Below, piece after piece: positions 1 to 9,317 of a stretch of DNA of 64,000 nt. The stretch is taken from contig JBKHHD010000004.1 in NCBI GenBank assembly GCA_046539325.1, forward strand, positions 1 to 64,000. The letters run 5' to 3'. Made by a program: the position numbers and the translations under genes. The notes beneath the pieces are model-generated. The model ran no database searches, was not told the DNA's origin, and saw only the letters and a list, made by a program, of their open reading frames with translations. This DNA comes from Candidatus Aenigmatarchaeota archaeon. GTDB taxonomy: Archaea > Aenigmatarchaeota > Aenigmatarchaeia > PWEA01. Every line of letters begins with the position of its first letter. Position 1 is the first letter of the stretch.

Positions 1-1124
1 AGATACTCGGCGATGACTGGATGGGATGTACATCGGACAGTGAGTTGAACTCAATTCTTGGTTTTTCAAGGGGTACTATTGAAGTTCTCTCTTTACAGTC
101 GAAATATCTGCATTTTTCACCTGTTCTCATCGAAAAATATCGCGATAATCCAAAAAAGAAGGCGATGGAAGCGACAGAAAAAGCGGTCAATGAGGCAAAT
201 GTAGAGAGGTCCGTTCATGCTACATCACAGTACATGCGTTCTACTAAGAAGAAATTTTCTAATATAATAAAGAATCCACCCTACTTTGTTTTGACTTATC
301 CAAGTGGGCTATATAATAAAGACGGCGAGAGTGTACTAGGCTTAGAGTCAGAGTTCATTAGAGGAATTCAAGATTCTTTAGGGCCACACATCCCGATACT
401 GGGTGGTTCGGCCTCTCCTGCTGTTGAGGACTTTTTAGGGGGGGAGAGCCGGAATTACGTATTTTCGAATGGAGATTACTCAAACACAGGTGCAGTAATA
501 TGTTTTGTAGTCTCAGAGTTATATTTCTCCTTCGGTCTAAAACATGGGTACGAGGAAACAAATAAAAACGCTATCATCACTAAGCTCTCAGGTAAAGGGA
601 GAATAATCGAGCGTTTAAATGATAAACCTGCCTTGGAAGAGTATTCAAATTTGACTGGTTTTGCAAAGGAAAAGTTAGAGGAAGATTTATTGAGCTACTC
701 TATAAGGAAACCCTTAACAGTTTTTGACTCATCTCAGAACATATACCCTAAAGTCTCAGTTAATTCCGAAAGGGAAAACTGTATTAATTCTACATTTAAG
801 TTCGCCGAAGGACAAGCGGTGCGAATAGCAGGTGTTGATGGGGAGAAGACTATTAATGCGCTAAAAGGATCAGTAGATGAAGCACTTGAGGGTAGGGACT
901 TTGAACCTGCTCTGATTTTGCTATCCACATGCGCTATGAGGCGTCTCTTGCTTCAAGATAAAATAAGTGAGCCAGTGAAGAGGCTTGAGGAAAGTTATCC
1001 TTCTACACCGTTTTTTGGTTTTTATACAGCTGGTGAAATAGGTGGCAAAAGAAATGAGCAGGCTAAGTTCAATAATATTACTTCAACAAATCTCGTAATT
1101 TCAGACAAATTACAAACTGAATAG
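1..1124 (+). CDS. FIST (FIST_N/FIST_C) sensory domain protein, 5' truncated by window edge
   Basis: Frame is open back to the window start; motifs GCTSDSE, ILGGSA, LKHGY, LNDKPAL, CAMRR and FFGFYTAGEIG...NIT are typical of FIST proteins. Confidence 0.85.
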   Translation, partial: ILGDDWMGCTSDSELNSILGFSRGTIEVLSLQSKYLHFSPVLIEKYRDNPKKKAMEATEKAVNEANVERSVHATSQYMRSTKKKFSNIIKNPPYFVLTYPSGLYNKDGESVLGLESEFIRGIQDSLGPHIPILGGSASPAVEDFLGGESRNYVFSNGDYSNTGAVICFVVSELYFSFGLKHGYEETNKNAIITKLSGKGRIIERLNDKPALEEYSNLTGFAKEKLEEDLLSYSIRKPLTVFDSSQNIYPKVSVNSERENCINSTFKFAEGQAVRIAGVDGEKTINALKGSVDEALEGRDFEPALILLSTCAMRRLLLQDKISEPVKRLEESYPSTPFFGFYTAGEIGGKRNEQAKFNNITSTNLVISDKLQTE

Positions 1125-1135
1125 AGGTGATTATT

Positions 1136-2224
1136 TTGGAACTTCCATTTGAAGATTACTCAGAAGAGCACATAAATAGAGTCATTGAGTCGCATCTTGA
1201 CCCTGAAAACGGAACACCTTACTGGTTGGAAAAAGCTGAGGAGTATGGAGGTGTTGAAAAAGCTAAAGAGGACATAGATGCTTGGGAAGATCTGAAAGAA
1301 GTATTTGGGCTTCAGATAGAGGAAAAAAAACAGGAGTTTGCAGGTGCACTGCGTGAGAGACCATATACAGACTTTTTACCGCAAAGATCGATAGATAAGA
1401 TTTCTATAGTTGGAGAGAGCGGAGGTACTACTGGCAAGCCCAAAAAAGCACCCTTTACTGAGAATGATTGGGAAATGAAAATTGAGAAGTATAGCCAATA
1501 TCTGGACGAGATGGGTGTCCCTAAGGGTGTGGATTGGTTCTGCCTTGTCCCTTCTTATCCCCCACATTCGGCAGGTCAGATGGGTCAGAGTCTCGCTGAG
1601 TCAAGGGGAGGCAATGCTTTAGGTATAGATCTAGATTCTCGGGCAATCAAGGAATTTGGAAAGCAAGGTATGGAGGACGCTTTGAATGCTTATATGAAGC
1701 ACATGGGAAAACAGGCTAAGGAACTAATGGAGTACCAAGACGAAGGTGTAGTGATGACAACCTCTAAGGTTCTAGAGCAACTACCACGAGCGATTGATGT
1801 TTCAGAGATCAATCTAGAGGGAATTGTTCAAGGGGGAGCAGCTATGTCAAAGGAGCAATATAGGCAATTTGAGGAGGTATATGGAGATACACCTATTTGT
1901 GGATCCTTTGCGACAGCTTTAACCCTCTCAACCGGCGTACAGATACCCGACCCCCAAAACTACGAAGTGATTTATCTGCCGACTAGGCCTGAGAGGAATA
2001 TGGAGGTCGTGGATGATAAGGGCAACCCTGTTGATTACGGTGAAAGGGGAATAGTTACTACTTCAAACGTGACTGAGGATTTCCTAATGCCCGCGCTTCG
2101 TGAGGAAGTAAAAGGTACTTTAGTAGAACCTCCAGAGGTCTTGGACGATGTTGATTGGCCCTGTGTTAAGGATATAGCACCTGAGAAAGTACGAACGGAG
2201 GGAGGTAAAGAAGGTGTCTACTGA
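1136..2224 (+). CDS. GriC/EhpF-like AMP-forming aryl-carboxylate activating enzyme (adenylate-forming superfamily)
   Basis: N-terminal HLDPENGTPYWLEKA, P-loop ESGGTTGKPK, PPHSAG, IDLD, VDYGERG. GAGGTGA RBS points to the TTG at 1136 as start (ORF track starts at 1127). Confidence 0.75.
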   Translation: MELPFEDYSEEHINRVIESHLDPENGTPYWLEKAEEYGGVEKAKEDIDAWEDLKEVFGLQIEEKKQEFAGALRERPYTDFLPQRSIDKISIVGESGGTTGKPKKAPFTENDWEMKIEKYSQYLDEMGVPKGVDWFCLVPSYPPHSAGQMGQSLAESRGGNALGIDLDSRAIKEFGKQGMEDALNAYMKHMGKQAKELMEYQDEGVVMTTSKVLEQLPRAIDVSEINLEGIVQGGAAMSKEQYRQFEEVYGDTPICGSFATALTLSTGVQIPDPQNYEVIYLPTRPERNMEVVDDKGNPVDYGERGIVTTSNVTEDFLMPALREEVKGTLVEPPEVLDDVDWPCVKDIAPEKVRTEGGKEGVY

Positions 2225-3597
2225 TGTCTTGGGAGATCCATCTCAACCGAGGTGGAGAGGACTATGAGTCGATGGACAAGACCCCTCTAACAGACTTCAG
2301 GGAGGAGGAGATCGGCGAGATATCCCAGGCTTCTTCAGTTATTCTTTACAGTGGTGATCTTGACGAATCGAGGAAGGGGGGCTTTGAGGCTTTAAGGGAG
2401 ATACCTGAAGAGAAACTGCTCCAGAATATAGAGGAAGCAGCCGACTACTTTTCTTCCGACGCAGGAGGTATGGACTACGATGAATACTGCAGGAAGGTCA
2501 CCTCTCTGACCGGACTTCCGATTTCGGACGTGAAGAGGGCCGGTGAGATGCTGGAGGGAGCGATGAGAGGGGTGGACGAAACCGTCGAGGCACAGACTCC
2601 CAACCAAGATCTCAGCCTGTACGATGCCTTTTCCTCGGAAGGGAACTTCGTGTACGCACCCGAGGGGAGAAACCTGGGGATTATTACCCCTTCAAATCAT
2701 CCAGCCGTGAACGCCCTGTGGCTGTCCGGCCTGGGTATGAAATATCCCACCATGATAAGACCATCGAACGACGAGCCGTTGACACCGAAACGGGTCACCG
2801 ATTCACTTTACGAAGCAGGTCTTCCTGAAAATTCATTACATTTTCTTCCCGGTGATAGAGAGTTTGGAAATACACTTGTGAATGAGACAGATAAGGGCAT
2901 AGTTTTTGGTGGGCCTGATATAAAGGGGAGATACCAAGAAAACCCCGATGTAAAGGCCTTCGGACCTGGGAATAGCAAGATATACATAGACGAGGATTTT
3001 GTCGGAGAGGATATGGCTTTGGATCTGGCCAAAAATTCTATGATGAAAGACGGTGGCAGAGGATGCATCAATATAAGTCAGGTTGTGGTTGAAGACGGAG
3101 TGAAGGACTTTGCCGAGGAACTTGCCGAGGAAGTTAGGGAAATTGAACCTGTCATTCCTTATCAAGAAGAAGCTCAAATACCTGCTATGCCGATGGAAGA
3201 GGCCAAGAGGTTCAACAAGCTACTTCAAGAAAGCTTGGAAGGAGGAGCTGCTGATTTTACCTATGATGAAGGTTCGAAAAGACTAGTGAAAAAGGATGGT
3301 GCGGCTTACCTCAGACCCACCGTTACATACATTCCTCAAGGAGAAGGTCACCCCCTTTTCAATGAATTTCCCTTCCAGTACAGCTCCGTTACAGATTATT
3401 CTGAAGGTATTTTGAGCGACTCACTCACCCTTACTATGCTAACAAACGACAAAGATAAAGTCGAAGAAGCATTGATGAATCCAACTGTGGAGAAAGTGTA
3501 CGTTGGTGTCCCGAGTTGTGACATAGACATAAAGGAACCCCACGAGGGCTACATTTCTGATTTTCTTTACGAAAAGAAAGCCTTCCGAGAAGCATAG
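2224..3597 (+). CDS. GriD/EhpG-like aldehyde dehydrogenase-family reductase
   Basis: ALDH fold: PSNHP (Asn), FGG, GPGNSK (usual general-base Glu absent), catalytic Cys in GGRGCINIS, EFPF; TGATG coupling to upstream gene. Confidence 0.8.
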   Translation: MSWEIHLNRGGEDYESMDKTPLTDFREEEIGEISQASSVILYSGDLDESRKGGFEALREIPEEKLLQNIEEAADYFSSDAGGMDYDEYCRKVTSLTGLPISDVKRAGEMLEGAMRGVDETVEAQTPNQDLSLYDAFSSEGNFVYAPEGRNLGIITPSNHPAVNALWLSGLGMKYPTMIRPSNDEPLTPKRVTDSLYEAGLPENSLHFLPGDREFGNTLVNETDKGIVFGGPDIKGRYQENPDVKAFGPGNSKIYIDEDFVGEDMALDLAKNSMMKDGGRGCINISQVVVEDGVKDFAEELAEEVREIEPVIPYQEEAQIPAMPMEEAKRFNKLLQESLEGGAADFTYDEGSKRLVKKDGAAYLRPTVTYIPQGEGHPLFNEFPFQYSSVTDYSEGILSDSLTLTMLTNDKDKVEEALMNPTVEKVYVGVPSCDIDIKEPHEGYISDFLYEKKAFREA

Positions 3598-3717
3598 CAG
3601 TACCTTATATTTTTATCCTGGTAGGTTGTTCACTTTTCTGAACGTGAGTTTCGAGGGAATTGTATGGAAATAAGAGCAGTACTTATCATTTTCGTTCCAG
3701 AGGCTCTCTGTAATCTC

Positions 3718-3737
3718 GTTTCAAATAATTTTGAAAC
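3718..3737. promoter_or_regulatory. Palindromic operator GTTTCAAA-TAAT-TTTGAAAC directly upstream of a TTTATAAA TATA box
   Basis: Perfect 8-bp inverted repeat over the BRE position of the wHTH gene promoter. Confidence 0.55.
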
Positions 3738-3783
3738 ATTTATAAATAAGGGGATATAAGGATTGAAACGAGATGGTCGTTGG

Positions 3784-4365
3784 ATGAAAAAGATAGAACG
3801 TGTCTACAGGGAGCTACTGTTTCGGTTTTTGGAGGAGGACAATAGGGAGCTTACACAGAAACATCTATCGGACAGGTGCGAGGTGGCTATAGGGACTGTC
3901 AACTATGCTCTGGGTCCACTGGAGAGTATGAACGCCATCGAGAAGCGGAGGAGGAGCTTTTTGGTTCTGGATCCGAAGAAGATACTTCTACACTGGACCT
4001 CGGTACGTAACCTTCGGAAGGACGTGGTTTACAAGACACATTCTGACAAAGATGTGAGGAAGGTGGAACAGGAGATGCCTTCCTGTTTCTTCACCGCTTA
4101 CTCGGGATACAAGTTCAGGCACGGCGAACCTCCTGCCGGATACTCGGAGGTGTGGGTGTACGGAGATGTGGAGAGAGTGAGGGAAAGATTTCCCGAGGAG
4201 AAGGGAAAGGAAAACGTATTCGTCCTGGAGATAGACGAACACCTGGAGAAGTTTGAGGAGATTCCCCTGGGACAGCTTTACGTGGATCTCTGGAACCTGG
4301 ATACATGGTACGCCTCTGAGTTTGTGGAATCATTGGAGGAGATAATAAATGGAGTTCTGGGCTGA
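3784..4365 (+). CDS. Winged-HTH protein, AbiEi/type IV antitoxin-like
   Basis: HTH LTQKHLSDRCEVAIGTVNYAL; C-terminal FTAYSG...QLYVDLW; overlaps a nucleotidyltransferase gene. Confidence 0.6.
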   Translation: MKKIERVYRELLFRFLEEDNRELTQKHLSDRCEVAIGTVNYALGPLESMNAIEKRRRSFLVLDPKKILLHWTSVRNLRKDVVYKTHSDKDVRKVEQEMPSCFFTAYSGYKFRHGEPPAGYSEVWVYGDVERVRERFPEEKGKENVFVLEIDEHLEKFEEIPLGQLYVDLWNLDTWYASEFVESLEEIINGVLG

Positions 4366-4969
4366 TAGGGTAGTCGAGAAAAGCTGGCAGGTTCTCCTTG
4401 ATCTGAACGAGGAATATGAATTCATACTGATAGGTGGCTGGGCAAACTACCTTCACACCGGGTCCATACGGAGCAAGGATATAGATATAGTCGTTGATTT
4501 CGAGACCCTCGAACAGCTGAAGACGAGCCACGACCTGAAAAAGAACAACAATCTCAAGAAGTACGAGATAGTCGTGGAAGAGATTTCTGTGGACATATAC
4601 GTTCCTTACTTCTCCGAACTCTTGGTGCCTGTGGAGGATCTTGAGAATTATGTGGAAAGGACTGAAGGTATACAGATCCTCTCTTCGGAAGCTCTTCTGG
4701 TTTTGAAGCAGGGGGCAGCGGAGGACAGATCTCATTCTGTGAAAGGGCAGAAGGACAGAGCTGACATCCTCAACCTCCTCGTAAATAGCGACCTGAATCT
4801 GGAAAAATATGGTGAGATACTTGCGGAATACGGATTAGAGGACTACAGGAAAAAGCTGCTGAAGATCGTCAGGAATGCACAGAAGGAATTCGAATATCTT
4901 GATATAGAAGATCCGGGTGAAGTGAAGAGATTGAAGAACGAGATCGTGGAGAAGCTGAGGAGACTGTAG
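4349..4969 (+). CDS. Nucleotidyltransferase (AbiEii-like, Pol-beta fold)
   Basis: FILIGGWA...SKDIDIVV, LLVLK...KDRADI motifs. Confidence 0.7.
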   Translation: MEFWADRVVEKSWQVLLDLNEEYEFILIGGWANYLHTGSIRSKDIDIVVDFETLEQLKTSHDLKKNNNLKKYEIVVEEISVDIYVPYFSELLVPVEDLENYVERTEGIQILSSEALLVLKQGAAEDRSHSVKGQKDRADILNLLVNSDLNLEKYGEILAEYGLEDYRKKLLKIVRNAQKEFEYLDIEDPGEVKRLKNEIVEKLRRL

Positions 4970-5038
4970 ATTTTTTCTGGTTTTAAAGCTCCACAGATGG
5001 ATTTTTTATACTTCTCTCTACAACTTAATGGTATGCTG

Positions 5039-5356
5039 ATGGCCAAAAGTAAGCACGTGAAGGAGTTTGCAGAAGATGTTAGATCGTTGTTCAGGGACAG
5101 AGTTGACAGAATAATGCTGTATGGCTCCTACGCACGTGATGAAGAGGTTCCTGGAAGCGACGTAGACATAGCTGTAATTCTTGAAAGGAAGGAGAAGGAC
5201 GATAGGAAAAAAGTCCAGGAACTGGCCGAGGAGTGGATGCAAGAGACAGATCTGAGGTTTTCTGCTAGAGTTTTCGAAAAGGATGACTTCGAAAAGAAGG
5301 TAAAGGAAGGCTACAGCTTCCATACGAATGTACAGGAGGAAGGTGTCGAGATATGA
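5039..5356 (+). CDS. Minimal nucleotidyltransferase (MNT) antitoxin
   Basis: LYGSYAR...SDVDIAV; ATGA overlap with HEPN gene; TATA at about 5003-5010. Confidence 0.85.
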   Translation: MAKSKHVKEFAEDVRSLFRDRVDRIMLYGSYARDEEVPGSDVDIAVILERKEKDDRKKVQELAEEWMQETDLRFSARVFEKDDFEKKVKEGYSFHTNVQEEGVEI

Positions 5357-5727
5357 GCGAGATAGAGGACCTGATGGAAAAGTCCAAAGAGAAGTTCTCG
5401 ACTGCTGAACTTTTATTCGAAAAAGGTAAGTACGAGGACTCTGTTTCCAGAGCCTACTACTCGATGTTCCACGCCGCGAAGGCACTTTTACTTACCAAGG
5501 GTTCAAGCCCAAGGACGCATGCGGGGATCGCCTCGGAGCTTGGAAAGCTTTTCAGAGATGAGCTAGGTGCGAAGCTCACTTCGAAGTTCGGGACAGTCCA
5601 GGAACTTAGAGAGGACGCTGACTATGGCTCAGGATCTGACATAGACGAAGCAAGGACAGAAGAGGTGCTTGAAACTGCGGAAAGGTTTCACTCGAAAGCC
5701 GAAAACATCATAAGTGGAGAAAAGTAA
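5353..5727 (+). CDS. HEPN domain protein (UPF0332-like)
   Basis: SRAYYSMFHAAKALL, RTHAG, REDADY. Confidence 0.85.
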   Translation: MSEIEDLMEKSKEKFSTAELLFEKGKYEDSVSRAYYSMFHAAKALLLTKGSSPRTHAGIASELGKLFRDELGAKLTSKFGTVQELREDADYGSGSDIDEARTEEVLETAERFHSKAENIISGEK

Positions 5728-5754
5728 GTATTCTTTGTTGATTGAGGTAAAAAC

Positions 5755-6987
5755 ATGCCGGAAAAGAAAGCTGTTTTGTTTATCGTGGACGGTCTCGGTG
5801 GAAGACCCACGGATATGGACGGGGAGACCTGTCTCGAAGCTGCGGAGACCCCGAACCTGGACGGGATGGCCTCGGGCGGCATCAACGGTCTTCTTCATAC
5901 TGTGAAGCGAGGCGTCAAACCTGGGAGCGATGTGGCGCATCTCTCCATACTCAGTTACGATCCCGAGGAAGGGTATACAGGGCGCGGTGTTTTCGAGGCT
6001 CTGGGTTACGGTATGGACGCTACTAAGGGAAATATATATTTCCGGACGAACTTTGCGACAGTCGACGGGGATGTTGTTCAGGACAGGAGAGCCGGTAGGA
6101 TAAATGAAGGACAGAAGGAGCTGGAGGAAGCTATAAACAGCATAGATCTGGAAGATGCTGAATTTAACTTCAAAGCAACGAACCAGCATAGAGGAGCCCT
6201 GGAGCTTGTGGGTGATAATCTTTCGCCGCATATAACGGATACCGATCCACACGAAAGTGGGGAGAAGATGAAAAGCTGTGAGCCCGTTACTTCTTCTAAG
6301 GAAGCTGAGAAGACCGCAGAAATAGTGAACCAGTTTATCGAGAAAAGTCGCGAGGTAATGGAAGACTTGGATATCAATGACAGGAGGAAGGAAGATGGCG
6401 AGCCTCCTGCAAACTGTCTCCTCCTCCGTGGAGCCTCACATATGATGGATGTGGAGACATTGGAGGGGAAGTACGATGTTGAGTCTACCTGTGTGGCTGC
6501 CGGACCCCTATACCTCGGAGTTGCCAAGCAGGTGGGAATGGATGTAAGGACTCCAGACGGAGCTACGGGTGGCGTTGATTCCGACCTTATAGCCAAGGCA
6601 AAGACTGCTGTGAGTGAGGTCGACGAGAAGGACTTCGTGTTTATACATGCCAAAGGTGCGGACAACGCTGGTCACGACCACGACGCCGAAGGAAAGAAGA
6701 AATTTCTGGAGAAGGTCGATGAAGCCGTGGGCTACCTTCTGGACAAGTTGGACTGGAATAGGACGCATATGGTTTTCACAGGTGACCATACGACGCCCGT
6801 TGGCTACGGTAACCATACAGCTGAACCTGTGCCTGTGGTCTTCTACGGCTCTGAGGTGAGAACAGATAGCGTGGAGGAGATCGGCGAGAGGTCTTGTGCC
6901 CGTGGCGATCTGGGTCATATGGAAGGATTGGAACTACTTCCTGTTCTATTCAACTACAACGACTGGACAGAGAAATACGGGTCGTGA
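5755..6987 (+). CDS. apgM: 2,3-bisphosphoglycerate-independent phosphoglycerate mutase (archaeal type)
   Basis: VDGLGGRP, TPNLD, PGSDVAHL, YTGRG, DNAGHD, TGDHTTP. Confidence 0.95.
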   Translation: MPEKKAVLFIVDGLGGRPTDMDGETCLEAAETPNLDGMASGGINGLLHTVKRGVKPGSDVAHLSILSYDPEEGYTGRGVFEALGYGMDATKGNIYFRTNFATVDGDVVQDRRAGRINEGQKELEEAINSIDLEDAEFNFKATNQHRGALELVGDNLSPHITDTDPHESGEKMKSCEPVTSSKEAEKTAEIVNQFIEKSREVMEDLDINDRRKEDGEPPANCLLLRGASHMMDVETLEGKYDVESTCVAAGPLYLGVAKQVGMDVRTPDGATGGVDSDLIAKAKTAVSEVDEKDFVFIHAKGADNAGHDHDAEGKKKFLEKVDEAVGYLLDKLDWNRTHMVFTGDHTTPVGYGNHTAEPVPVVFYGSEVRTDSVEEIGERSCARGDLGHMEGLELLPVLFNYNDWTEKYGS

Positions 6988-6991
6988 TGTT

Positions 6992-8224
6992 ATGTCGAAG
7001 ATAAAAAATGTAAGGGCCAGGGAAATTCTGGATTCAAGGGGAAACCCTACTGTAGAGACAGAGGTAGTAACTAAGAAGGGAAGCGGTAAGGCAGCTGTCC
7101 CCTCTGGAGCTTCGACAGGAAAAAATGAAGCACTGGAGCTGAGAGACGGTGGAAGCAGGTACAACGGAAAGGGTGTCAGACAGGCTGTTTCTAACGTTAA
7201 CGAAAAAATAAAAGAGACCTTGGTTGGCTTTAACTGTCAGAAGCTGGAGGAGTTGGATAGGAAGATGATTGAGCTGGACGGAACCGAAGACAAAGGTTCC
7301 CTAGGAGCAAACGCGATTCTTTCCGTTTCTCTAGCAGCAACACGAGCAGCCGCAGATGAGTCCAACAAAGAGCTCTACGAGCTTCTTCACGAAAAGTTCT
7401 GTCCTGATGAAAAAATGACCTTTCCCAGACCTTTCCTCAACGTGATAAACGGCGGCGAACACGCTGGGAACGATCTGGCCGTCCAGGAGTTCATGATTGT
7501 TCCCTTTGTTGAGGGTACAGAAGAGAAGATAAGATCTGCTTCCGAGGTGTATCATGAACTGAAGGAGATACTCAAGAGAAAACACGGTAAGGAAGCGGTA
7601 AACGTGGGGGATGAGGGAGGCTTTGCACCGTCTTTGTCGAAGACAGAGGATGTTCTGGAGCTTCTCATCGAAGCTATAGAGTCTGCAGGATACAAACCCG
7701 GAGAGGATATAAGTCTGGCAATGGACGCTGCTGCATCTGAGTTCTACAAAGATAAGGGTTATGGTATAGATGGGCGAGTTATGAATAAAGAACAGCTGGA
7801 AGATTTCTGGCTCGAGATATTTGATAACTATCCTGTCTGTTCTCTTGAAGATCCATTCGATGAGGAGGACTTCGACAGCTTTGCTTCTCTTAATGAAAAG
7901 ACAAGAAAGATGATAGTCGGCGACGATCTCTTGGTCACAAATCCAGATAGAATAGAAAGAGCTTTCGAGAGAGATTCATGTGATACCCTTCTTCTCAAGG
8001 TCAATCAGATAGGTACTTTGACAGAAGCTATAGAGTCTGCGAAGCTGGCCCAGGAAAACGATTGGAAGGTAATAGTTTCACACAGGAGCGGAGAGACCAC
8101 GGATGCCTTCATCTCAGACCTGGCCGTGGCTTTGGGAGCCTATGGGATCAAAGCAGGTGCACCGGCTCGCGGCGAGAGAACTGCTAAATACAACCGGCTG
8201 ATTAGAATAGAAAAAGGATTGTAA
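6992..8224 (+). CDS. eno: Enolase
   Basis: REILDSRGNPTVE, VPSGASTG, GDEGGFAP, SHRSGET, KYNRL. Confidence 0.97.
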   Translation: MSKIKNVRAREILDSRGNPTVETEVVTKKGSGKAAVPSGASTGKNEALELRDGGSRYNGKGVRQAVSNVNEKIKETLVGFNCQKLEELDRKMIELDGTEDKGSLGANAILSVSLAATRAAADESNKELYELLHEKFCPDEKMTFPRPFLNVINGGEHAGNDLAVQEFMIVPFVEGTEEKIRSASEVYHELKEILKRKHGKEAVNVGDEGGFAPSLSKTEDVLELLIEAIESAGYKPGEDISLAMDAAASEFYKDKGYGIDGRVMNKEQLEDFWLEIFDNYPVCSLEDPFDEEDFDSFASLNEKTRKMIVGDDLLVTNPDRIERAFERDSCDTLLLKVNQIGTLTEAIESAKLAQENDWKVIVSHRSGETTDAFISDLAVALGAYGIKAGAPARGERTAKYNRLIRIEKGL

Positions 8225-8311
8225 ATAATTCTCAATCTAAAATACTCTAGCAAGTTTTTGTCAGATTTGTTCAGGCAGTACAAATATAAAGAAAGAGCCT
8301 AAACCTAATTT

Positions 8312-8755
8312 ATGCCAAACAGACCGGAACCTGATATGGGAACCGAAAAGGACGCGTTACCCCGCAGGATTGTAGCAGTGATCATCGACAGTATAATCAT
8401 GGGCTTGATCGCAGGACTGATCGCTGGTGGCGGGGCCCTCGGTGCAATGACAGCATCAAACATCTTTTCCATTGCATTAATAGGAATTGCCGGTATTTTC
8501 ATAATGTTCTTCTACGCCTTCCTCCTGGAAGGATATATAGGACAGACGATCGGCAAGATGGTGATGGGAATTGTCGTCGTCAAAGAGAACGGCGAACCCT
8601 GTGACTACCTGGCCTCCTTCGTCCGGAACCTACTTCGGATCGTAGACGGCCTGTTCTACTATCTGGTAGGACTAGTCGCGATTATTCTTTCCAACAAGAG
8701 ACAAAGGATCGGTGACCATATCGCCAACACAGTCGTAGTGAAAGCAAGGAAGTGA
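8312..8755 (+). CDS. RDD family membrane protein
   Basis: RRIVAVIID, GQTIGK, RNLLRIVD, QRIGDHIANTVVV. Confidence 0.9.
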   Translation: MPNRPEPDMGTEKDALPRRIVAVIIDSIIMGLIAGLIAGGGALGAMTASNIFSIALIGIAGIFIMFFYAFLLEGYIGQTIGKMVMGIVVVKENGEPCDYLASFVRNLLRIVDGLFYYLVGLVAIILSNKRQRIGDHIANTVVVKARK

Positions 8756-8801
8756 CCCACTTCCTCTTTATTTTTTATATCTGGTTCTTCTAGTCTGAAC
8801 T

Positions 8802-9317
8802 ATGATCACTGTACTTCGTCTCAGCCACCGGCTCGGCCGAGATAAAAGAATGACCACACACTGCGCCCTAACAGCCCGGGCTCTCGGCGCTGACAAAATG
8901 ATCTACACTGGCGATCATGACAAGAAGATGCAAGAGAATGTGGATAGCGTTGTGAAAAGATGGGGCGGAAGTTTCGAAATCCAGTACGAGGAAAACTGGA
9001 AGAAATATCTCAAGAACTACGAAGGAAAGAAGGTCTACCTGGCCATGTTTGGGTTGCCGGTCCAGGACCAGATAGAAGCGATAAGAAACTACGATGAAGA
9101 TTTGCTTGTTATTGTAGGCGGAGAAAAGATACCCGGCGAGATCTACGAACACATAGACACTCAAGTAGCTGTGACCAACCAGCCCCATTCCGAGGTGGCG
9201 GCACTGGCCGTCTTCCTGGACAAACTACAAAAAGGAAGTGAACTGGAAAAGAAATTCGAAGGCGCCTCTGTTGAAGTTTTACCAAAGAAGCAAGGCAAAG
9301 ACATCAAAGAGAACTAA
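8802..9317 (+). CDS. trm56: tRNA (cytidine(56)-2'-O)-methyltransferase
   Basis: LRLSHRLGRDKRMTTHCALTARALGA, NQPHSEVAALAVFLD. Confidence 0.95.
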   Translation: MITVLRLSHRLGRDKRMTTHCALTARALGADKMIYTGDHDKKMQENVDSVVKRWGGSFEIQYEENWKKYLKNYEGKKVYLAMFGLPVQDQIEAIRNYDEDLLVIVGGEKIPGEIYEHIDTQVAVTNQPHSEVAALAVFLDKLQKGSELEKKFEGASVEVLPKKQGKDIKEN

